The notes beneath the pieces were generated by a model that worked only from the letters and a program-made list of their open reading frames with translations, did not search any database and had not been told where the DNA came from. Positions 55,177-64,000 of a stretch of DNA of 64,000 nt are shown one piece after another. Where the stretch lies: assembly GCA_031082145.1 (NCBI GenBank), contig JAVHLP010000001.1, forward strand, positions 301,831-365,830. The letters are read 5' to 3'. Positions within the stretch are counted from its first letter, which is position 1, and the number at the start of each line of letters is the position of its first letter. A program made the translations under genes and the position numbers. The DNA is from a bacterium (GTDB taxonomy: Bacteria; Bacillota; Sulfobacillia; UBA995).

Positions 55177-55997
55177 CAGATCCTCTCCTTCCGGTCGCCG
55201 CGGTCAGACGCCGCGGGCTTGTTCTCAAACCAGGCGATCAGGCTCCGAACCTCATCGGCCACCAGGTCAACCATGCGCTCGAAGACCTCGGCGCCAAGTT
55301 TGGCCGTAGCCCCCCGGGGGCGGCCAAGGACGCCACTGGCGGACAGGTGGGCCACCGACCCGTGGAAGAGCGGCACGCCGGCATCCTTGAGGGAGGCGGA
55401 ACCTAACCCGATGTCCTCGTCCACCGCGGCGCTCATGTCCACCAGATGGGGAGCAAGGTGAAGCATCCAGGCGGTCTCGATCAGGTTGGCATGGAGACCT
55501 TCCTCGCGGCCGAAGAAAGGCCGGTCACCGGTGGCGTACTGCATGAGGTCGTAGATGGGAACTACGTGGACCCGAGGCAGCCGGCGCTGGATGGCGTGGC
55601 AGGCCAGCCGGATGGTGGGGCTGTTCCCGCCGTGAGAGCATAGCACCGCGATGTTGGTGAAGCCGTGGGCCGCCAGGCTCTCGCAGTAGTCGCCGATGAC
55701 GGCCGCCAGCGTGTCGTGCCCGACGGTGAGGGTGCCGGGAAAGGCCAGGTGGTGTGGTGAGAAACCCGGACGGACGGTCGGCGCGACCAGGGCGTCGCCC
55801 AGCCGACGGGCCACCCCGCAGGCAAGGGCCGTCCCCAGGAGCTCGTCGGTACAGATGGGCAGATGAGGGCCGTGCTGCTCGGTGGAACCAACGGCGACCA
55901 CGGCCGTCCGCCATCCGGCGAGGATCCTGTCTCTTACCTTGGGCCAGGCCATGAACTCGAGCCGGATGTCGCGGTCCAGGTTGTCGAGCACCTGCAT
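55176..55997 (-). CDS. Creatininase-family amidohydrolase (creatinine amidohydrolase / ArfB / MftE superfamily).
   Basis: VVAVGSTEQHGPHLP hallmark. The start is either the ATG at 55997 (MQVLDN) or the upstream ATG at 56039, which overlaps ecfT. Confidence 0.75.
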   Translation of the reverse strand: MQVLDNLDRDIRLEFMAWPKVRDRILAGWRTAVVAVGSTEQHGPHLPICTDELLGTALACGVARRLGDALVAPTVRPGFSPHHLAFPGTLTVGHDTLAAVIGDYCESLAAHGFTNIAVLCSHGGNSPTIRLACHAIQRRLPRVHVVPIYDLMQYATGDRPFFGREEGLHANLIETAWMLHLAPHLVDMSAAVDEDIGLGSASLKDAGVPLFHGSVAHLSASGVLGRPRGATAKLGAEVFERMVDLVADEVRSLIAWFENKPAASDRGDRKERI

Positions 55998-56010
55998 CCC
56001 CTCCAGGTGG

Positions 56011-56859
56011 CTATCCCTCGAAGTGCCAGTGGATGACACCGAGCTGGACCAGGATGACGAGGGCGGCCAGGGTCCCCAAGGTGCTGGCCAGCACCAGCCA
56101 GTCCAGGGGCCGCATGGGCAGTTCTCGGAGATGGGTCCGGCGCCGGTTGGCCAGGTCCAGGCCCCGGGACTGGAAGACTATGGACATGAGGTCCACCGTC
56201 TTCAGCAAGATAAGCATCAGTGGGGTCAGCAGGGACCCGATCTGCCGGATGCGTTCCCGGAACCCGCCCCGGTCGAGTTCGAGCCCTCTCGCCCGCTGGG
56301 CGTTGTAGGTGATCTTCAGGCTGTTGGTGACCATCGGAATGCAGCGCACAGAAGTGGCCGTTATCATCGCTACCGCGTAGGGAACCCCGATACGGTTCAC
56401 GCTGAAGGTGAGATCGGACAGGGGTGTCGACTTCAGCAGCATGATCACGCTGACCAGAGAACTCAACAAGAAGAAGGTCTTGGAGATGGCGAAGTGCACA
56501 CTAACGCTGGTGACGGTGAACCAGGGCGGGATGTGGAAGTAGACGTGACCCATCTGGGTACCCCGGCCGAAGAAGAGGTTCATCAGGCCGAACATGAGCA
56601 CGATGGCGATCACGTAGGGCTTCCGGGCCGCCAGTTCCTTCCCGATGTTGACCCCGCCGGTCATGCACAGGAGATACACCGCCACGAACAGCATGAACCC
56701 CCAGTACCAGGATGTAGACGGCGAGGCTGCGTAGATCCCGAAACCAAGCACGGCAACGACCAGCCCCAGCTTCGTCAACGGGTTCCAGCCATGGAGGTAG
56801 CCCTTTCCCGGCTCGTAGCTGACCAGCGTCTCAGCCATATCGAGGATGTCAAACAACAC
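56011..56859 (-). CDS. ecfT: ECF transporter transmembrane (T) component.
   Basis: CbiQ/EcfT-type TM protein with the conserved ARG...R coupling helix region (AQRARGLELDRG). Start overlaps the ATPase gene stop. Confidence 0.8.
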   Translation of the reverse strand: MLFDILDMAETLVSYEPGKGYLHGWNPLTKLGLVVAVLGFGIYAASPSTSWYWGFMLFVAVYLLCMTGGVNIGKELAARKPYVIAIVLMFGLMNLFFGRGTQMGHVYFHIPPWFTVTSVSVHFAISKTFFLLSSLVSVIMLLKSTPLSDLTFSVNRIGVPYAVAMITATSVRCIPMVTNSLKITYNAQRARGLELDRGGFRERIRQIGSLLTPLMLILLKTVDLMSIVFQSRGLDLANRRRTHLRELPMRPLDWLVLASTLGTLAALVILVQLGVIHWHFEG

Positions 56860-58564
56860 GTCCGATCACCCCCTTGGAGACCAGGAATGGCATGAGTTCC
56901 TCCACTGACCGCACGAACCAGGGAACGCCGGTGTCACTGAGCAGCGAGGTGATCTGGAGGACCTCCGGCAGGTCCAGGCTCGATGCCTGGAGCCGCCCGG
57001 CATCCCCGAAGGCCTCAGCCGTCTGACCCTGCCACACGATCCGCCCCCGGTCCAAGAGGACCACCCGGTTCGCGTGCTTCAGGGCCAGTTCCATGTCGTG
57101 CGTGATCATGATCACGGTCTTGCCCGTGGCGTTGAGGCGGGTGGTGATGTCCATGAGCATCTCCAGGGTGGATTCATCCTGGCCGGTAGTGGGCTCATCC
57201 AGGATCAGCACGTCGGGGTCCATGACCAGGATCGAAGCCAGCGCCACCCGCTGCTTCTGGCCGATGCTGAGCCGCTCGGGGTCACGTTCCTCCATCCCTT
57301 CCAGGCCGACCAGGTCGAGGATCCGGGCGACGGCGTGCTTCACCCGTTCCTCCTCCCAACCCAGGTTGCGGGGGCCGAAACTGACCTCCTTGAAGACGGT
57401 GTCGTTGAAGATCTGGTGGTTGGGATTCTGGAAAATGAAGCCCACCTTGCGAGCCATCTGGGCAACCGTGAAGTTGGCCGATTGCTGGCCGTCGATCAGC
57501 ACCGTCCCCCCGGTGGGCCTCAGGATGCCGATGATGTGCAGCACCATCGTGGACTTGCCGGCGCCGTTCATGCCCAGCAACGCTACGAAGTCACCCCGAC
57601 CGACCGCCAGGTCCACCGAGTCCAGACCCTTGTACCCGTTCTTGAACTGGTGAGTGACGCCGTGGAAGGCGACGATCACCTCGTCCTCGACGGCCGGCGA
57701 TGGGGCTGGCGGTTCCGGAGTGCCGAGACGGGGGAGGACTGCTCCCAGGTCCCGGGGAGACAACGGCAGCATCCCGAACTCAACGCCATGTTCCTCCAAG
57801 AAGAGCGCCACCCGGACGGTCGCCGGGACCTTGATACCACACCGCTCGAGGAGATCCAGGCGGCGCAGGACCTCCCGTGGGGTCCCGGTGGCGATCGCCC
57901 GTCCCTCGTCAATCAGCACCACCCGGTCGACCAGGTCAACCACGGGGCCGATGTCTTTCTCCACCAGCAGCACTGTATGGTTCCCCTTGTTGCAGATGGA
58001 CCGGATGGTCTCGAGCACTGCCCGGGAACTGGCCGGATCGAGGTTCCCCGTCGGCTCGTCGAAGATGAGGACCTCCGGCTCCCTTGCCAGCACGGACGCA
58101 ATGGCCACCCGCTGCTTCTGACCTCCGCTCAGACTGGCGGGAGATCGTTCCTCAAGGTCCCGGAGGCCAACCGTGTCCAGGGCCCAGTCCACCCGCCTGC
58201 GCATCTCGTCCCTGGGCATACCCAAGTTCTCAAGGGACATGGCGATCTCGTCTTCGACCGACATCGCGAACAACTGGATCTCGGGGTCCTGGAAAACGAA
58301 ACCGACCTTGCGGGCCATCACCGACGGGTTACTCTCCAAGACGTTGGTGCCGCACACTGTCACCGCGCCCTCGGCCTTTCCCCCGGTGAGATGTGGCACG
58401 ACCCCGTTCAGGGCGAGCGCGAGTGAGCTCTTACCACACCCGGAGCTGCCCAGGACCAACATGATCTCCCCTGCCCGGACGTCCAGGGTGATGTCCCGCA
58501 AGACCCAGTCGGCGCTATCCTCGTACCGGAATGAGAAGTCCCGCACGGCGATGACCGCATCCAT
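56849..58564 (-). CDS. ECF transporter ATPase with two fused nucleotide-binding domains (EcfA-EcfA', YkoD-like).
   Basis: Two complete ABC units: GSSGCGKSS / LSGGQKQRVAIA / IFDEPT and GMNGAGKST / LSIGQKQRVALA / ILDEPT. 571 aa. Confidence 0.85.
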   Translation of the reverse strand: MDAVIAVRDFSFRYEDSADWVLRDITLDVRAGEIMLVLGSSGCGKSSLALALNGVVPHLTGGKAEGAVTVCGTNVLESNPSVMARKVGFVFQDPEIQLFAMSVEDEIAMSLENLGMPRDEMRRRVDWALDTVGLRDLEERSPASLSGGQKQRVAIASVLAREPEVLIFDEPTGNLDPASSRAVLETIRSICNKGNHTVLLVEKDIGPVVDLVDRVVLIDEGRAIATGTPREVLRRLDLLERCGIKVPATVRVALFLEEHGVEFGMLPLSPRDLGAVLPRLGTPEPPAPSPAVEDEVIVAFHGVTHQFKNGYKGLDSVDLAVGRGDFVALLGMNGAGKSTMVLHIIGILRPTGGTVLIDGQQSANFTVAQMARKVGFIFQNPNHQIFNDTVFKEVSFGPRNLGWEEERVKHAVARILDLVGLEGMEERDPERLSIGQKQRVALASILVMDPDVLILDEPTTGQDESTLEMLMDITTRLNATGKTVIMITHDMELALKHANRVVLLDRGRIVWQGQTAEAFGDAGRLQASSLDLPEVLQITSLLSDTGVPWFVRSVEELMPFLVSKGVIGRVV

Positions 58565-58647
58565 CCTGGCATGACTCCTTTGCAGTTCAGGGGCAAGGCC
58601 CCTGCCTTCCTCCCCCCGAATGAGGAGGCAGGGGCTGCCCTAGGGTT

Positions 58648-59199
58648 CTACTCGGCCCAAGGATGCCGCAGGAAGCCGCCTGGCACCAAGCCGTGCACTC
58701 TGACGGCGGGGATTCGCTTGCGCAAGGCGGGAATCACGATGATGCCTTCAGTTATGAGCGCGGCGACAACTAGCTGGATCGCCATGGTCCCCATGCCCAG
58801 GTAGAAGATGGGCATGGGCAGCCCGAGCCAAGTAACAAGCATCCAGAATAGGTACGGAAGGGTGACAATGTGGGTCAAAGCAGACGAGAACAAGGGCCGC
58901 AATCCTACCTTGCTGCAGAGTAATCCTGTGCCAATACCCAGCAGCGCACCGTAGACAATGGACCCTGGGTGTCCCCAGAGGACGATGGTGTATAGAGCAC
59001 CGATGGCCCCAGCTATCCCGCCCAGCAGCCACCCGCTGGTGGCCCCGACCAGCACGGCCGGGAGCACGTACAGGTTAATGTGGATATTGGGGCCGATCGG
59101 AATGGCGAATAGGGTGAGGATATCCCCCAAGGCCCCGATCACGGCGGCATAGATCGCCGCCTTGATGGTAATCCCGGCAGCAGCTTTCAAACTAGACAC
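58648..59199 (-). CDS. Probable ECF transporter substrate-specific (S) component.
   Basis: 183-aa, 5-6-TM small membrane protein directly upstream of the ECF A and T genes. GC content is noticeably lower than the flanks. Confidence 0.6.
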   Translation of the reverse strand: MSSLKAAAGITIKAAIYAAVIGALGDILTLFAIPIGPNIHINLYVLPAVLVGATSGWLLGGIAGAIGALYTIVLWGHPGSIVYGALLGIGTGLLCSKVGLRPLFSSALTHIVTLPYLFWMLVTWLGLPMPIFYLGMGTMAIQLVVAALITEGIIVIPALRKRIPAVRVHGLVPGGFLRHPWAE

Positions 59200-59228
59200 C
59201 TCCCGCTCTCACGTAGTAGGGTAAGATC

Positions 59229-60212
59229 TCAGCCGTCCGCGAAGATCCCGTCACGCACCACCTCCTTGCCATCAACCGACAGGGTCGCTCCCACCAGGAT
59301 GGTGTCCACGTGAACGCGACAGGCCGTCCTGCCCTGCAGTTGGGGGATGTTGTTGCCGCCGAAGGCGACGTTGATCCCACCGTCGTAACTCTCCCAATTC
59401 CCGATGTCGGCTCCCCAGATATCGGCCCGGGGGTCCATGCCGAACCCCGTGTGGGCTATCACCCGGGCGTTGGGGTCACCGCTCTCCTCGAAGAAACGAG
59501 CGATGATCTTCGCCTCGCGGCCCTCGCCGGTGGTGCCGACGACTCGCCCGCCGGCCAACTCAAACACCACCGGTGTCTCGACGTGGAAGTTCAGGCGTGG
59601 TCCCAGGTATACAGGGCCGTTGACGATCACCCGGCCCTCGGCTTTGGTTTCCGGTGGGGCGAAAGCGGCCACCACCACGCCGAGGCTATCCCAGTCGCCA
59701 GCATGGGTCACGCATCCGTCCTGGAAGTGGACCGGGCGGTCGTCCCGCTCCACCCTCAGGTCGGTGCCGAGTTGGGACGTGATGCGGATGCGCTGTCCCT
59801 TGAGCCGGGCGGCTAGTCTGGCCGAGCGCTCGCTGATCTCCGGCGTGGGCGGCCGGTGGATGACCGAGGATTCGTCGGCCAGGACCTGGAGAACCCGGGC
59901 TCCCCGCCCCAGGATCTTGTTGGTCGCCTCGGTATACAGCCATGGCTGAGTGGCCAGGTCGAAGACCATGTCGGCCTCCATCATGGCGGCAACCGCAGCG
60001 GCCGGGGGGTCGACCAGCGGGACCCTCTCCGCCTTGCTCAAGACCAGCGTCGCCTGGGCTCCCATGGAGACGGCAGCCGCGTAGAAGGCTTCCACCAGAA
60101 CCTCGTTCTTGGTGGTGTCGGAGAACACCACCACCGCCTCGCCGGCCTTGACCCGGCAGGCCTGGCAGGTCTGCCGGGCGGCCTCCAAGAGCTCGATGTA
60201 CTGCGCCCGCAT
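59229..60212 (-). CDS. M29-fold (aminopeptidase T / NicX-like superfamily) protein.
   Basis: C-terminal HTGFGMD...GGNNIPQLQGRTACRVHVDTIL block aligns with the metal-binding region of the other two M29-like paralogs in this window. 327 aa. Confidence 0.55.
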   Translation of the reverse strand: MRAQYIELLEAARQTCQACRVKAGEAVVVFSDTTKNEVLVEAFYAAAVSMGAQATLVLSKAERVPLVDPPAAAVAAMMEADMVFDLATQPWLYTEATNKILGRGARVLQVLADESSVIHRPPTPEISERSARLAARLKGQRIRITSQLGTDLRVERDDRPVHFQDGCVTHAGDWDSLGVVVAAFAPPETKAEGRVIVNGPVYLGPRLNFHVETPVVFELAGGRVVGTTGEGREAKIIARFFEESGDPNARVIAHTGFGMDPRADIWGADIGNWESYDGGINVAFGGNNIPQLQGRTACRVHVDTILVGATLSVDGKEVVRDGIFADG

Positions 60213-60216
60213 GGTG

Positions 60217-61518
60217 CTATACCTCCCCGCAGCGGCGATCTGGTCCCGCCGGTTCGGCCACGCCGTACTTGGCCAGCATCCTGAGAACCCGTGCCAGTCT
60301 GTCCCGCTCCAGCCCCGAGGCCAGAGCCAGGTCGGAGGAAGCCGCCGGGCCAGCTTGCAGGGCCCGGTATACCCGGACCGCCAGCCGGGAGGAGACGCCG
60401 GTTCCCACCCGGGTCAGGTGGGTTCGCCCCATGGCGTCCGTCCAGGCCAGCCTCAGGTGGTCGTCCTCGGCGGTCACGGCGGCCCCCGGCCGCAGGGTGA
60501 TTGGCCCGGGTAGTGGATCCGGGGTGTACGTGGCGTGATCCTCAAAGCGCTTCGGCCCCAGGCAGAGCCAACCCTCCTCTACCAGGGCCTCGCCGTCCAG
60601 GTAGATGGTGGGTTTCTTGAACAGCGCATCCAGGTGGACGTTGCTGTAGACCGTCCCGCCTATGCACTGGCCGTTTCCGATACCGACGTGAGCCGTCCCC
60701 TCCAGTTTCTCGTCAAGGAGCATGTTCCCGATGATCTCCGCCTTGGGGTTTAGCCCAATGGCCAATTCGGCCAGGTTGGTCGCGTTCTCGTCCCTCTCCT
60801 CCAGGATCCGGGCCAGCGCATCGGCCTGCGGGCCTCCCTCAACCCCTACGACCCGCCCTCTCTTGACCGTGAGAACCACGTCTCCCGTGAGCAAGCCGAT
60901 GCCGCCGGACAGGGAAGCGTCGATCACCAGGGAGCCTTCGGCCTGCCCCTCGATGGGAGCGGTGAGGGCCTCCCCGGCCGGGAGGTTGCCGGCAACCCCC
61001 GGCTCGGTCACCTCCCCGGTATCGGCTCCGGCCGGGCGTCGCCAACCCCCGAGCGGGACATGTAGCTCGGTACCCTTGGCCGTCTTGACCAGCGCCTGCT
61101 CCGCGAAGTTGAGCAGTTCGGCCGCGCGTACCGTTCTGGCTGCCATCTCGGCCCCTCCGAAGATGGCCGGCGAGAGAAACAAGCGGTCGTTCAGGTTAGG
61201 CATGCTCAGGATCCGGGCACCCTCTCGTCTCGCCTCCAGGGTGGCCAGACCGTGAGTGAGAGTCCGGGCGGTGACGGCCACGACTAGGCTGGCCCGGCGC
61301 ATCGCGCCACCGACGACCGATGGCGGGTCCGCCCCGTCGGTCCTCGTCTCCGGCATCACCATCAACGTGGCCGGGTGACCCCGGTTGGCAAACGCCTGCG
61401 CAAAAGCGTCTCCGAACGGCCGGCTGACCGGATCGGTGACGACCAGTACAACATCGTCTCGGCGAAGGCCCAGAGCTTCTTCGATGATGGTCTCGGCCAC
61501 TCTCACGTAGCGGCGCAT
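60217..61518 (-). CDS. M29-family aminopeptidase-like protein with a C-terminal ~90-aa extension.
   Basis: GNLPAGEALTAPIEG, LAIGLNPKAEIIG and GTAHVGIGNG...NVHLDALF blocks parallel the M29 gene at 6315..7358. The C-terminal tail contains helix-turn-helix-like RLARVLRMLAKYGV. Confidence 0.65.
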   Translation of the reverse strand: MRRYVRVAETIIEEALGLRRDDVVLVVTDPVSRPFGDAFAQAFANRGHPATLMVMPETRTDGADPPSVVGGAMRRASLVVAVTARTLTHGLATLEARREGARILSMPNLNDRLFLSPAIFGGAEMAARTVRAAELLNFAEQALVKTAKGTELHVPLGGWRRPAGADTGEVTEPGVAGNLPAGEALTAPIEGQAEGSLVIDASLSGGIGLLTGDVVLTVKRGRVVGVEGGPQADALARILEERDENATNLAELAIGLNPKAEIIGNMLLDEKLEGTAHVGIGNGQCIGGTVYSNVHLDALFKKPTIYLDGEALVEEGWLCLGPKRFEDHATYTPDPLPGPITLRPGAAVTAEDDHLRLAWTDAMGRTHLTRVGTGVSSRLAVRVYRALQAGPAASSDLALASGLERDRLARVLRMLAKYGVAEPAGPDRRCGEV

Positions 61519-61543
61519 GTCAGCCTCCCCTGTAAACCGTGGG

Positions 61544-62479
61544 TCAGTGCTCGCCAGGTTGCCCTCCCAACCGCTGGCGCAACAGACGCACGGAGCTCTC
61601 CTGAATCAAGAAGCTCACCACAATCGTGGAGACGCCCAGTTGTTCGGGAGCGAGCTTGGCATGACTGGAGGGAATGGTGACCAGCACGTCGATCTCCCCA
61701 GTGGCCGCCGCCCGCAGTATCTCCTCTGCCTCGCAGTCCTCTCCCAGGCGGTAGGGCGCGCCGTGGAACATCGCCACCAGGCCGCTCAGAACCTTGTTGG
61801 TGCGGGAGTTGGGAGACACGACGGCAATCCGGGCGCCGGCCGGGATGCGTGCGATCTGGGCCAGGGCGTCATCGGAAGGGGCATGATGCAGGGGTACTAC
61901 CTCCCCGGGCAGTAGCCGCTCCGCCTCCCCGATGTGGTAATAGGTGGTACAGACCAACGCCAGTCCCTCCAGCAGTTCGGGGCTGCTCTGGAGCTGCTCG
62001 AAGCTGAGCGGCACCACGGGAATCTGTAGCTGCATCTCTAGGGCCCTGGCCAGGCTCCTGGCGTCCTCGACGTTGCACTCCACGAGGCCTACCCGGCTAC
62101 GGCGGCCCTCGAACGCCTCGTCTACCACCTGGATGGCCATCTTGCGGAAAGCGGACCAGGAGACGCCCCCCATTCGGGCCTCCCAGCACACCGCCTGTAG
62201 CCTCTCGCGGAGGCGGCCGCTGTCTGGCCCCCGCCTCTCCCCGTCACCCACCGCCTGGATCACGAAGAAGCCTTGCCGGGGCCGCGCGGCCACCACTCCT
62301 TGTTTGCTGAGCTGCAGGTAAGCCGAGTGGACAAGGTTATGGCTAACCCCCAGTTCACCGGCAAGGACACGGACGCTCGGAAGCCGGGAACCCTGAGCGT
62401 ATCGTCCCTGGCGAATACGCTCCTCGACCATCCCCTTGATGTCGCGCGAAGAAGGGACGAATCCGGTGCCACTAAACAT
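61544..62479 (-). CDS. GntR-family transcriptional regulator with a large C-terminal effector domain.
   Basis: N-terminal wHTH LPSVRVLAGELGVSHNLVHSAYLQLSKQGVV. ~230-aa C-terminal domain. First gene of the minus-strand M29/ECF/creatininase/M24 array. Confidence 0.75.
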   Translation of the reverse strand: MFSGTGFVPSSRDIKGMVEERIRQGRYAQGSRLPSVRVLAGELGVSHNLVHSAYLQLSKQGVVAARPRQGFFVIQAVGDGERRGPDSGRLRERLQAVCWEARMGGVSWSAFRKMAIQVVDEAFEGRRSRVGLVECNVEDARSLARALEMQLQIPVVPLSFEQLQSSPELLEGLALVCTTYYHIGEAERLLPGEVVPLHHAPSDDALAQIARIPAGARIAVVSPNSRTNKVLSGLVAMFHGAPYRLGEDCEAEEILRAAATGEIDVLVTIPSSHAKLAPEQLGVSTIVVSFLIQESSVRLLRQRLGGQPGEH

Positions 62480-62671
62480 ACCGGCACGCCCTCCGACTGT
62501 CTGCTGTATTCAGACACTAGACAGGCCTTGGGCGCTTAAGTTCGCCAATGCCAAGCAGACTCCTCCTGGCAGGGAAGAAGTCGGAATATTGACGCGCACT
62601 GGAGGTGGTTGGGCGTTGTCACGCGGGAGAGCAGGGGCGGGTCCGGTCGAGGCGACCCGCCCCCGGGGGAA

Positions 62672-63820
62672 CTAGCGTAGCAGGCTCTGGGCGATGATGA
62701 GCTTCATGATCTCCGAGGTACCTTCGTAGATCTCGGTGATCTTGGCATCCCGCATCAGCCGTTCGACCTTGTACTCGCGCATGTAGCCGTACCCGCCATG
62801 AACCTGCACCGCCTTCACGGTGTGCTTCATGGCCGTAGTCGAGGCGAACAACTTGGCCATGGCGAAGAATTCGGAGTGTCGTCCGGGTTGCCCTGCCAGC
62901 TCGGCCGCCCGGTATACCAGCAAGCGGGCAGCCTCGATGTCCACCGCCATCTCGGCAATCATCCACTGGATGGCCTGAAGGGTGGCGATCGGCTTGCCAA
63001 ACTGAACCCGCTGCTTGGCGTAGTTGACCGAAGCGTCCAGGGCCGCCTGGGCAATCCCCAGGGCTTGGGCGGCGATACCGATGCGACCATGGTCGAGGGC
63101 GCCCATGGCGATCTTGAAACCTTCTCCCTCTTCCCCCAGGCGGCGAGCCTCGCGCACCCGCACCCCGTCGAGGATAAGGTCGGCGGTCTTGGAACCCCGG
63201 ATTCCCATCTTGTCCTCGGGCTTGCCAAAGCTGAAGCCGGGCTGCCCCTTCTCCACCAGAAAGGCGGTGATGCCCTTGGTCCCCTTCGACCGGTCCATGG
63301 TCGCGCACACGATGTACCAGTGGGCTACCCCGGCGTTGGAGATGAAGGTCTTCCTGCCATTGAGGACGTACTCGGCACCCTCCCGAACGGCCGTGGTGGT
63401 GATCGCTCCCGCGTCCGAACCTGCCTCGGGCTCGGTAAGGGCGAAGGCGCCGAGCCGCTCACCGGTGGCCACCTGCCGGAGCACCTCTTCCCGTACCGTG
63501 CCGCGGGCAGAGTTCAGTACCGTCTCGCCAAAGAGGATGTTGTGGACACTCATGATCACGGCGGTGGCCGCGCAGCATCGGGCGATCTCCTCTTCGGCCA
63601 CGGTGTGGCTGAGCATGTCCATACCGCCCCCGCCGAACTCCTCCGGCAAGTTCATCCCGAGGTAACCATACTTCCTGAGCTTCTCCACGTTGTCTTCCGG
63701 GAACTCGCCGCTGAGATCAACCTCGATGGCCCGGGGAGCGAGTTCTCGCTCCGCGAATTGCCGTGCCGCCTGACGGATCTGCTCGTGCTCTTCTCCCAGC
63801 GCGTATCTCAAAGCTCTTCC
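62672..63820 (-). CDS. Acyl-CoA dehydrogenase (short/branched-chain type).
   Basis: YLGMNLPEEFGG, GAFALTEPEAGSDAG and C-terminal Glu in YEGTSEIMKLIIAQSLL. The likely start is TTG near 63820 with GGGGGAGGG 7 nt upstream. The ORF-track N-terminal 50 codons are low complexity. Confidence 0.85.
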   Translation of the reverse strand, partial: GRALRYALGEEHEQIRQAARQFAERELAPRAIEVDLSGEFPEDNVEKLRKYGYLGMNLPEEFGGGGMDMLSHTVAEEEIARCCAATAVIMSVHNILFGETVLNSARGTVREEVLRQVATGERLGAFALTEPEAGSDAGAITTTAVREGAEYVLNGRKTFISNAGVAHWYIVCATMDRSKGTKGITAFLVEKGQPGFSFGKPEDKMGIRGSKTADLILDGVRVREARRLGEEGEGFKIAMGALDHGRIGIAAQALGIAQAALDASVNYAKQRVQFGKPIATLQAIQWMIAEMAVDIEAARLLVYRAAELAGQPGRHSEFFAMAKLFASTTAMKHTVKAVQVHGGYGYMREYKVERLMRDAKITEIYEGTSEIMKLIIAQSLLR

Positions 63821-64000
63821 CTCCCCCCGGCGTTGCCGGGTGTTCTCGATAGGAGCGCCGCCTCCCGGTACTCGCGGAACAGCACCTCCGCGCCCCCGTA
63901 AGGATCCACTTGCCTCTCGGTCACCTGATCCAGCACCCGGTTCCAGGCACCGGAGATTCGGGCCCATTCCAGGAGGTGCCTCTCAGCCAGCGACCCGGCC

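Noticed and set aside
57074-58426. 450-aa plus-strand ORF
   Set aside because: Antisense to the fused ECF ATPase.
62798-63901. 367-aa plus-strand ORF
   Set aside because: Antisense to the acyl-CoA dehydrogenase.
1-64000. CRISPR arrays, integrases, transposases, prophage genes
   Set aside because: No short regularly spaced direct repeats, and no recombinase or transposase-like reading frames were found on either strand. The only tRNA (Pro-CGG) is not followed by an integrase.

Overview
This is a very GC-rich (~70%) bacterial window, and most genes sit on the minus strand. Gene content points to a high-GC thermophilic Firmicute/Clostridia lineage (AddAB rather than RecBCD; separate SecD/SecF; MurT/GatD; S-layer-homology surface protein). 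That lineage call is inference. Non-ATG starts (GTG/TTG) and 1-4-nt stop/start overlaps are frequent, and many long ORFs in the supplied track are antisense artefacts of the GC bias.

Genes I can support, in order:
- a partial hypothetical gene with a C-terminal winged helix, coupled to a ChlI/BchI-like AAA+ ATPase
- a GNAT acetyltransferase remnant
- a small ParB/Srx-fold protein coupled to a TrpB2-type tryptophan synthase beta, preceded by what reads as a tRNA-Trp T-box leader
- M20 and M29 peptidases, a YibE/F membrane protein, addA and addB, a CDF transporter
- a five-gene Opp/Dpp-type peptide ABC operon, secD and secF, an HD hydrolase, trxB and trxA, gatD and murT
- ThiF/MoeB, a Fur-family regulator, an alpha/beta hydrolase, a single ChrA half, an MFS transporter, a Cof-type HAD, a DEAD-box helicase
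- tRNA-Pro(CGG), hybrid-cluster protein Hcp, a HEAT-repeat protein, PepF, a Nudix hydrolase coupled to an unknown 450-aa protein
- an SLH-anchored protein with ~75-aa tandem repeats
- an imino-acid/peptide catabolic island: a LysN-like aminotransferase, an ornithine-cyclodeaminase-family protein, an FAD oxidase, two M24 peptidases, an MBL hydrolase, a creatininase-family amidohydrolase, an ECF transporter (T, fused A-A, S), three M29-fold paralogs and a GntR regulator
- an acyl-CoA dehydrogenase.

No CRISPR array, integrase or transposase was seen.

The most interesting signal is the candidate Trp T-box controlling a trpB2 / ParB-Srx-like pair, which may be an O-phosphoserine-dependent indole-to-tryptophan module.
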